15,393 nt of DNA from Promethearchaeota archaeon (GTDB lineage Archaea > Asgardarchaeota > Lokiarchaeia > Sigyniarchaeales > SOKP01). Shown piece after piece: positions 8,096 through 15,393 of the stretch (positions within the stretch are counted from its first letter, which is position 1; each line of letters opens with the position of its first letter). Below the pieces are notes generated by a model, which searched no databases, was not told the DNA's origin, and saw nothing but the letters and a program-made list of their open reading frames with translations. Location of the stretch: NCBI GenBank assembly GCA_048941265.1, contig JBHLNT010000002.1, positions 84,097 to 99,489 of the forward strand, in the 5' to 3' direction. The translations under genes and the position numbers were made by a program.

Positions 8096-9235
8096 ATGAT
8101 CAACAATCAAGATAAAGATCAGATGGAACTTGAAGCTATACAATTAATTGATCAAGCTGAAATATTGGCTAATAAAGGGAAAGGGGAGGAAGCAATAAGC
8201 TATTACGAAAAAGCAGCTCAAATTTATCTAGATTTTGGAAGTTATATAGAATTAGATAGACTTTTTATACGAATAATTGAAATTATTTCACAATTTAAAA
8301 ATCACATCGTAGCAATATATCGACTTAATTCAATCATCAGAAAAACTGAGGATTTACAATTATTTGAGATCTCCGCGAGATTACTGATAGAATTAGGAAA
8401 TATATCATATCAAATGAATGATTGGGAATCTGCTGGAGAAAGCTGGGAAAAAGCCTCCTATTATTTAATCAAAACGGATCCCGAAGAATATGATACTCAA
8501 TCTTGTCATCTTCTATTAAAAGCAGGACAGGCATTTGAACGTTCTCCAATAAGAAAAGATTACGGAAAACGTCTAATTCTTAAAGCGATAATGAAAATTA
8601 ATAAGTTCGATGAGTTATACGAACAAGAAGAAAAACGTGCTTATCATCTAATAAAGAATAAAGAATTTGAAGCATCAGCTAACAAATTCTTCGATATTGC
8701 GACTTATTTTAGAAAAGCTCTCGAAAATTTAAGCAATGCAATAGATGAACAGGCATCTAAAGAAACAATACTTAACGTTAAGGCGAGATTTTTTCATTTT
8801 GTTGCTGAATATCAAACTTTATCTGCACTATGTCTGAAAGCTTCGGAAAATCCTGCTTATAATGAAAAAATAAATGAACTTGCAAAAGATTCCATAAAAT
8901 TATTTAAAGAATCTATTTCACGTTTAAAAGAATATTTATTTCCCATAAAATCCGATTTTGATAAAGAGATTATATTGAGAATAACATTTGATACGATGTT
9001 ATTAACAATCATTCAAGAATTGAGTGGAATAAAAGAAGTTGAGACAATTTATTATCTCTTCGAAAATATAGAAACGAATAAAGTATTAATTACCAAATTA
9101 AAAGAATCTCCTTACTTTAAGATTACAGAAAGCATTAAAAAAATAGGTCTTCAAGAATCTTTGAATAAGCTCTTAAAGGTGCATTTAGGACACTTTGAAG
9201 AAATTAAAAACACACTAATTTCTTACTTCACATAA
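8096..9235 (+). CDS. Alpha-solenoid TPR/SNAP-like helical repeat protein
   Basis: All-helical, with repeated A..Y/W/F.KA motifs: EAISYYEKAAQIY, SAGESWEKASYY, LLKAGQAFE and ASANKFFDIATYF. Confidence 0.7.
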   Translation: MINNQDKDQMELEAIQLIDQAEILANKGKGEEAISYYEKAAQIYLDFGSYIELDRLFIRIIEIISQFKNHIVAIYRLNSIIRKTEDLQLFEISARLLIELGNISYQMNDWESAGESWEKASYYLIKTDPEEYDTQSCHLLLKAGQAFERSPIRKDYGKRLILKAIMKINKFDELYEQEEKRAYHLIKNKEFEASANKFFDIATYFRKALENLSNAIDEQASKETILNVKARFFHFVAEYQTLSALCLKASENPAYNEKINELAKDSIKLFKESISRLKEYLFPIKSDFDKEIILRITFDTMLLTIIQELSGIKEVETIYYLFENIETNKVLITKLKESPYFKITESIKKIGLQESLNKLLKVHLGHFEEIKNTLISYFT

Positions 9236-9435
9236 ATTTTTATGAGATAATTTTATGGGAATTTTGTTTCATCATTTACTCTTGTTACTTTGTTTTTATA
9301 TCCAATTAATATAAAAGGCATAAAATAATAATGTTATTTATGGATTGATTTTTTGTATTATTATTCCTATACAGACCTTAATTCTGTATTAGAAGATTAT
9401 ATTAAAAATGAATTATTAATTGAAATTGCTAAATT

Positions 9436-11001
9436 ATGAAGATTTTATATATAAATCCCTCTCGACTTGAAGCGGGATTAGATTACATTATTAAAGGTCC
9501 TCCTCTGAGCCTTATTTCAATCGCAGCAATGGTTCCCGAACATGATGCGAACTTATTTGATTTCAAGGTGCATAAATACCATGAAACAAAATTCCTTAGA
9601 GAATTGAATCGCCATGACGTAGTTGCTATAACAAGCATGACTCCACAGATATCCCATGCATTTGAAGTAGCAGAGATGGCTAAGAAACAAGGATGTACAA
9701 CAATTATGGGTGGGTATCATCCAACCCTAGATCCTGAATATGTTGCAAATCATTCTGCAGTTGATTATACTATCAGGGGAGAAGGAGAACATACATTTCG
9801 GGAGATTATAGATTATATTGATGGAAACAAACAAAATGTTTCAATAAAAGATATAGATGGAATCTCATATAAAAATAAAGATGGTAGAGTAATTCATAAT
9901 AATGATCGCCAATTGGAACCAAATTTAGATAATTTTCCAATGCCAAGACGCGATCTTTTAGAAGATAAGAAATATGTATATTTAGGAACTAGAGTTTCTC
10001 AATTAGAATCCTCACGAGGATGTCCTCATTCATGTAAATTTTGTTGCATAATTAAAATGTGGAAGGATCCCACTCAAAACATCGTCTATCGGAGTAAAAG
10101 TGTAAAAAGAATTATGCAAGAAATTTATGATATTGACTGGCATAACGATTTTATATTCTTTTGCGAAGATAATTTTACTATACAAGTAAAACGTACAAAA
10201 AAGATCTTAGAAACGATAATTAAGGCAGGAGTGCCAAACAAAATGTATTTTAGCTGTCAGTCGAGGGTAGATACCTTATATAGAAATCCATGGTTAGTCG
10301 ACCTTATGCATAAAGCAGGTATGAGAATGGTTTTTCTAGGTATTGAAACCGTTCATCAACAAAGTCTTGATGCGATGAATAAAAAAAATACTACTCCCTT
10401 GATGACTCAAAAAGTAGTTTCAATGCTACACGATCGCGGTATTTCAATATTTGGAGGTGTAATTATTGGATTTCCTGGAGAAACGAAAACTATGGTTCGT
10501 CAAACAATACAATACGCTAAATCACTTAAAATGGAGGTAGTTCAATTCACTCCTATCACAGCATTTCCAGGAACACCTTTCTACCGAGAAATGGATGAAA
10601 AAGGGTTGATAACTAGTCGGAATTATAAGCACTATAACTTATTCCATTCAATGATGAGCACCGATCAATTAACCAATAAAGAAATTTATCGATTAGTAGG
10701 TGAAGCTTACGGCGCTTATTATCTAGATGGAGATTATTTAAAAACTATGGCAAAAAGATATTTTAATCCACTAGGAAACTTCAATTGGATGAGTCGAAAT
10801 TTGTCTACATTTGCAAAAACTGTTATAAGAAGTGGTTATAAAATGCTTCACACTCAAGGGATTTCTGGTTCAATCATCTCTGAAGAATTAAAATCAATAA
10901 TGAAACATTATAAAAATCAAAGTAAATTGATGAATCTTAAAAAATCTCAGATCATTACTCCATTAGAATGTATTCTTTCATTTCCAGGTAAACAAGGTTA
11001 A
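9436..11001 (+). CDS. Cobalamin-binding radical SAM enzyme (BchE/class B-like)
   Basis: N-terminal B12-binding domain (PPLSL, MGGYHPT, RGEGE), then SRGCPHSCKFC (CxxxCxxC), EDNF, GIET, IIGFPGET and TAFPGTPFY. Confidence 0.93.
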   Translation: MKILYINPSRLEAGLDYIIKGPPLSLISIAAMVPEHDANLFDFKVHKYHETKFLRELNRHDVVAITSMTPQISHAFEVAEMAKKQGCTTIMGGYHPTLDPEYVANHSAVDYTIRGEGEHTFREIIDYIDGNKQNVSIKDIDGISYKNKDGRVIHNNDRQLEPNLDNFPMPRRDLLEDKKYVYLGTRVSQLESSRGCPHSCKFCCIIKMWKDPTQNIVYRSKSVKRIMQEIYDIDWHNDFIFFCEDNFTIQVKRTKKILETIIKAGVPNKMYFSCQSRVDTLYRNPWLVDLMHKAGMRMVFLGIETVHQQSLDAMNKKNTTPLMTQKVVSMLHDRGISIFGGVIIGFPGETKTMVRQTIQYAKSLKMEVVQFTPITAFPGTPFYREMDEKGLITSRNYKHYNLFHSMMSTDQLTNKEIYRLVGEAYGAYYLDGDYLKTMAKRYFNPLGNFNWMSRNLSTFAKTVIRSGYKMLHTQGISGSIISEELKSIMKHYKNQSKLMNLKKSQIITPLECILSFPGKQG

Positions 11002-11188
11002 GAACCCTAATAAATTTTGACTAGAGAAAAATAGATTTATTTTAAAGATCGATCTTTTAGTACCCCTCTCTAAATTTTAAAATTTTAACACTTGTTATAT
11101 TAAATCTCCAGTAAACTACTTCTGTCCTTCTATATATATACTTATACTCTTAACCTACCTTATATTTAAAAAAGATTTGATAAATTAA

Positions 11189-11638
11189 ATGAGTTCAGGA
11201 GTAGTAAAACCTAATTACCAAAATTTTCCGAAAATTGACCTGTCGATTAATGTCCTATCCAATTTTGATAAAAAGGAGGGTCAAAAATGTAAGTTTCAGT
11301 TTATTTCTGAACTTGTTTCCATGTTATTCAAACAAAAGGGTTGTCAAGATGCCTTTCAAAATCTCTCAAATTTAATCGTGTTTTCCTTAAAAGAACCAGA
11401 AGAAAAATTCGCTGACATCCTTTTTTCAGGAAATAATGGATTTGATTTTAGTAATATTGAAGAAAAATTTGAAAAACTTCTTTCTTATAAGTTTGGAAAC
11501 CAAAAAGATAAGTATTTATTAATGCTTAACCGAGTACGATCAATTTTTAATAATTGTCCTGATTTAACAAGTAAACAAAAATTTGACTATTGTGCTATTG
11601 AAAGATACTTCATGAAATCCTATCTAAAATGTTTATAA
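11189..11638 (+). CDS. Hypothetical protein
   Basis: 149-codon ATG-initiated ORF filling the gap between genes, with no recognisable motif. Its stop overlaps the stop of the convergent gene within TTATAA (11633-11638). Confidence 0.6.
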   Translation: MSSGVVKPNYQNFPKIDLSINVLSNFDKKEGQKCKFQFISELVSMLFKQKGCQDAFQNLSNLIVFSLKEPEEKFADILFSGNNGFDFSNIEEKFEKLLSYKFGNQKDKYLLMLNRVRSIFNNCPDLTSKQKFDYCAIERYFMKSYLKCL

Positions 11639-12370
11639 AAGATTTAGCCAGTTCGTATCAGATGTTAGCTTCTCATATTCATTTCTATCACCACAATCTC
11701 CAAAAAAATCATTTTCTCCTACTCTGACAATTCTGATTCTCCAATTTCTATTTTTTAAACCATAACGAATCGCTACAGGAACCTCGATTTCACCTCTTTG
11801 TGAGGGTTCCTGAGTCTTAAGCACTTTAAAAATTTCTTTAGAAAGAATGAACACTCCCGCATTGTTTAGATTTGTATAACTAGTTCCTTTAGGTGGTTTC
11901 TCGATAATATCCAAACAATAGTTCCCTTCACAATAAATTGCAGCACCTTTATAAGGGTCATCCACATAATTAGTTACCAATATAAAATCTGGATGTTCAT
12001 TCTTAAAGACATCATGAACCTCCTTATAAATCTTATAACAAACTAAAGTATCTCCCCACGTTAAAAAAAAATGCTGGTCTTCTATTAAATTTTCACATAA
12101 TAATAAGGCTCCACCTGTTCCATTCAAAAGTTCCTGTTCAATATATTTTATCTTAATTCCCAATTTTCGACCATCTTGAAAATAATCAACAATTTGTTCC
12201 TTTTGATAACCCACCACTATTATAAAATCATTAAATTCGGCACTTTTTATCCCATTGATTATATATTCTAGTAATGGTTTTCCATGAAGTGGAATCATCG
12301 CTTTTTGATACATAATGGTATGTGGCCTCAAACGCTTTCCGTAGCCTGCACACAAAACGATAGCTTTCAC
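11633..12370 (-). CDS. Sugar-1-phosphate nucleotidyltransferase (RmlA/GlmU-N/NTP_transferase family)
   Basis: MKAIVLCAGYGKRLRP.T...K signature, EQ..LNGTGGA, WGD, IIEKP, NAGVF and RGEIE. The GTG start is supported by an AAGGAG SD on the minus strand. Confidence 0.92.
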   Translation of the reverse strand: MKAIVLCAGYGKRLRPHTIMYQKAMIPLHGKPLLEYIINGIKSAEFNDFIIVVGYQKEQIVDYFQDGRKLGIKIKYIEQELLNGTGGALLLCENLIEDQHFFLTWGDTLVCYKIYKEVHDVFKNEHPDFILVTNYVDDPYKGAAIYCEGNYCLDIIEKPPKGTSYTNLNNAGVFILSKEIFKVLKTQEPSQRGEIEVPVAIRYGLKNRNWRIRIVRVGENDFFGDCGDRNEYEKLTSDTNWLNLL

Positions 12371-12380
12371 GTAAGTTTAA

Positions 12381-12386
12381 CTCCTT
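12381..12386 (-). promoter_or_regulatory. Shine-Dalgarno AAGGAG for the nucleotidyltransferase
   Basis: The minus strand reads AAAGGAGTTAAACTTAC-GTG, a 10-nt spacing. Confidence 0.6.
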
Positions 12387-12426
12387 TATTTCAGATATTT
12401 CAAAAATATATAGATGAATTAATTCT

Positions 12427-13371
12427 CTAATAATTAAAAATATCAAATATCCAAGACCTTCCCCCGGCTTTTTCAATTGCTTTGGCAACTTCTTGTTGTT
12501 TTCCGGGACAAATAGCTAGCATACAACCTCCACCTCCTGCTCCCATTTGTTTAGCACCTAATGCTCCTGCATCTTTCGCTGCTACACATAATTGAAGAAT
12601 CTTTTTACTCTCCGCTTTTAAGATTTTTTCTTGCTGCTGTTGAGTATCCATCAAATCTCCTAATTTTTTATAGTCAGCTTTTAACAGAGCTTCTTTTGCT
12701 TGATACACACAAGTTTCAATAACCTTAAAGGCATCTAAAGTAGATTTATCCTTTTCTTGGATTTGCTTTTTAACTCTATTTAAAACAAAACTAGCCTTTC
12801 TTTCTTCCATAGAATCACCAACTACGATAGGGAGCTCTTTAATATCTAACATTTCTACCCGAGGATTTTCATCCGTATGAATAAAAGTCACACCTCCATA
12901 AGCTATGCTATATTGATCCATCCTGCCGCATTGGATTCCTAAATCATTATTCTCCCCTAGATATGCTAATTCGGCAATTTCACGTATCTTAAGATTCAAA
13001 TCAAACGCATCATTTACAGCTTTCAAAAAACCAACAGAGATTGCTGCTGAAGTAGATAATCCACATCCAATTGGAATCTCTGAATATACTTCCAGACAGA
13101 ATCCTTGATTAATTCTATCCTTTAAACGCTCATAAAGTACGCTCCAATATGCTAAATCAATATCTTTAGGAGCAATGTTTCCTAAATTAAATGCTGTTCG
13201 CTCCTTTGTATCATGACTGTAAAAAGTGATTTTATTATCATCAGTAACTTTAAGGTTTATTTTCATCATTAAATTAATTGCCATAGCTATTACTGGTTTA
13301 CCTAAAAGGTCTACTTTATCTCCCATGAGACAGATGCGACCCGGTATATCAAGAGATACATCATCTTTCAT
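12427..13371 (-). CDS. GHMP-family kinase, probably an anomeric sugar kinase (galactokinase/HddA-like)
   Basis: Motif I PGRICLMGDKVD, motif II PIGCGLSTSAA, CGRMDQY and motif III GAKQMGAGGGGC. It is co-oriented, 56 bp upstream of the nucleotidyltransferase. Confidence 0.9.
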   Translation of the reverse strand: MKDDVSLDIPGRICLMGDKVDLLGKPVIAMAINLMMKINLKVTDDNKITFYSHDTKERTAFNLGNIAPKDIDLAYWSVLYERLKDRINQGFCLEVYSEIPIGCGLSTSAAISVGFLKAVNDAFDLNLKIREIAELAYLGENNDLGIQCGRMDQYSIAYGGVTFIHTDENPRVEMLDIKELPIVVGDSMEERKASFVLNRVKKQIQEKDKSTLDAFKVIETCVYQAKEALLKADYKKLGDLMDTQQQQEKILKAESKKILQLCVAAKDAGALGAKQMGAGGGGCMLAICPGKQQEVAKAIEKAGGRSWIFDIFNY

Positions 13372-13647
13372 AGTAAAGCTTTCTCTGTTATCAGAAATAA
13401 ATAACTATAATGATTGAAATTATTTTAACTTACGTAATTTAGGATATTGCATCGGTTTTCTTTTTAATATATATCTTCTTAATATAAATATAATGAGTAG
13501 TTTAAAGCAGAAATGAATTTTAAATCAAAGTGTATGTAAATCTGAAACAAATAATGTATAATTCTATTTTCAAGGATAAAATAAATTGCTAATAAGAATT
13601 GTTTAAACAAAAATGAGTAAAGATATTTAAGTATTTCAAAAAAGAAA

Positions 13648-13971
13648 CTAAAAACTAATCATTAACTTGTCATATCTTAATTTACTGATTTTTCTGACCC
13701 CATGGGCTCCGGAGCTATACTCACAAGTGATAAGACCTGCTTTTTCTAATTTTTTTATTTGAGCGGAAATATTTGCTTCAGTCATCTCTAAGTCTGAAGC
13801 GATCTTAGAGACATCCGCAGGTTCATTCTGAATATAACGTAAAATTTTTCGCCTAGTATTGCTTGAAAGTGCTTTTACAATCTCTTCTATTTGATCATCA
13901 GATTCGATTGTGATAGATTCCTCTTTCCCTACCAAACTTACTTCCAATACTTCGTTTTGAGTTAATTCCAT
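13648..13971 (-). CDS. ArsR/SmtB-type winged-helix transcriptional regulator
   Basis: KALSSNTRRKIL...VSKIASDLEMTEANISAQIKKLEKAGLI is a wHTH. The start is re-called to ATG 13971 (MELTQNE) because the 22-aa extension to 14037 looks non-coding. Confidence 0.88.
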   Translation of the reverse strand: MELTQNEVLEVSLVGKEESITIESDDQIEEIVKALSSNTRRKILRYIQNEPADVSKIASDLEMTEANISAQIKKLEKAGLITCEYSSGAHGVRKISKLRYDKLMISF

Positions 13972-14729
13972 TAGTTTTGTTCTCAACTCATACTTTAATA
14001 TAGTTTTTATCTTCAAGATAGTAATGGAAATTATCATATAAAATATTGATTTATCTATTCAAAAGTAATCTTTGTGTTTTTTTGATACTAATGTATTCAA
14101 TTATATTATTAAGATAGCATTTTCCCTTGTTAAATTCTCCATGATTTAACCGTCTTCTCGTATTTTAGAAATAGACTTAAAAGCGTTCTAATGCCATTTT
14201 ATTAGGACTTAAATTAATAATTTTAGAAAATGTCTTTAAATTAAATAAATGAACTTTTAATTAAATAATATCTTTTTAAACTAAAGAAATCTGCTGCTTT
14301 TCAATTGCTGTAGAAATACATGATTCAATCAAATAAAAATTAAAAAAAATTTAATATTTATTTATAGTTAATAGCAGATTTTAGTGTAATTTAGTTCTAC
14401 TAAAGTATAATGATAGAATCGAAAAATATCTATCTATTAATAAACTGGGATTTAGTATTTGTCCTTTTTTATTTTAAGACTATACAGTCCGAATGATTAA
14501 TATATCTAATTTATCTTTAATAATTAATCTTAAAAATTTTTGTAATTTCGTCATTTTTAGAAAATAATATCATTTAAATTTTTTTGTAATTATTATATTT
14601 ATATAGAAAAAAAATATACAAATATTACTATCGAAAATGTAGCAATAATATTTCGAAAATTAAATGTTTTTGATGGTATTTATTAATTTAAGTAAATAAT
14701 TATTTCAAAATTATTAGGGTGTTAAATTC

Positions 14730-15344
14730 TTGGTAAAAAGAGAAGAAGCTAATGTTTTAACCGTAAGAATAAATAAGGAAATTGATGAATTATTAGAAAA
14801 AGTAAAAGAAAGAAAAGGTACTACAAAGGCTATGCTTATTAGAAACTATTTAGAGATGATAAAATACATATCAATTAACAATGGGTCAATTAGATCTCTC
14901 GATGACCGTAATTTGGTCATTATCAAACGAAAAACATTTAAAAATTATTTAAAAAATTTCGGAGAAGAAGAGCAAATCAGGCAAGGTATAAAATTAGCTG
15001 AATCAATTAATGATATAGCAAGAGTACAAGGAAAGTTAGATGATATAAGCTATAAGTTAGATCTTTGCGAACATTTAGGATTTTTTCCAAAATTCATAGA
15101 TGAGGAAGGTTATATTTTATTTTCTGATAAATTTGGTCCGAAGAAATTTGTTGAGGCTTTCATATATAAACTAATTAATTTCCAACCCGATGATGAGTAT
15201 GACATGAATTTTTCTGAAGAAGGATTGGAAAAATCTAAGGATGTAAGAAAAGATTACCAGAAAAAGATAAATCCTGTTAAAAGAGCAAGTTCTTATTATG
15301 CATTTGAATTTGCTAAAATTCCTGTAGTTGAAGAAGAAGGTTAA
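14730..15344 (+). CDS. Ribbon-helix-helix (CopG/MetJ-like) protein with a C-terminal putative ligand-binding domain
   Basis: N-terminal VLTVRINKEIDELLEKV.ERKGTTKAMLIRNYLE is a beta-alpha-alpha RHH pattern. The start is TTG, and the ~150-aa C-terminal domain is unassigned. Confidence 0.75.
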   Translation: MVKREEANVLTVRINKEIDELLEKVKERKGTTKAMLIRNYLEMIKYISINNGSIRSLDDRNLVIIKRKTFKNYLKNFGEEEQIRQGIKLAESINDIARVQGKLDDISYKLDLCEHLGFFPKFIDEEGYILFSDKFGPKKFVEAFIYKLINFQPDDEYDMNFSEEGLEKSKDVRKDYQKKINPVKRASSYYAFEFAKIPVVEEEG

Positions 15345-15393
15345 ATGAAAGGGAAATTTCTTTATTGTTTATCTACAATTTCTTTCAGTCCTA

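Noticed and set aside
12231-12488. 85-aa minus-strand ORF bridging the kinase and nucleotidyltransferase (possible frameshift fusion)
   Set aside because: It overlaps both genes out of frame. Each gene is complete, and the downstream one has its own SD and start.
12427-13371. Mevalonate kinase call
   Set aside because: CGRMDQY and linkage to a sugar nucleotidyltransferase favour a sugar kinase, and there are no mevalonate-pathway neighbours.
13226-13417. 63-aa plus-strand ORF
   Set aside because: It is antisense to the GHMP kinase 5' end and has no coding features.
13372-14729. CRISPR array, tRNA or IS ends in the long AT-rich spacers
   Set aside because: I saw no regularly spaced repeats, cloverleaf, terminal inverted repeats or transposase. 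Short A/T palindromes are expected at this composition.

Overview
AT-rich archaeal chromosomal window, most likely from an Asgard archaeon (Lokiarchaeia/Promethearchaeota-like). The taxon is inferred from gene content, not from a database hit. It carries a standalone archaeal CODH/ACS alpha subunit (cdhA) with a perfect 16-bp palindrome upstream, an SDR, and a 67-aa protein with the exact CooJ-type H-W-x2-H-x3-H nickel motif. A divergent pair of eukaryote-like genes follows: an HhH-like/Arf-type GTPase/Roadblock-like fusion, and a vWA protein with two C4HC3 RING-like fingers that resembles TFIIH p44/Ssl1. Further on are an orphan MtrH-family methyltransferase, a TPR/SNAP-like helical protein, a B12-binding radical SAM enzyme, a hypothetical gene, a GHMP kinase plus NDP-sugar nucleotidyltransferase pair, and divergent ArsR-type and RHH regulators. 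I saw no rRNA, tRNA, CRISPR array or transposase. The best leads are the p44-like vWA-RING-RING gene with its divergent tri-domain GTPase, and the minimal CooJ-like chaperone next to the orphan cdhA.
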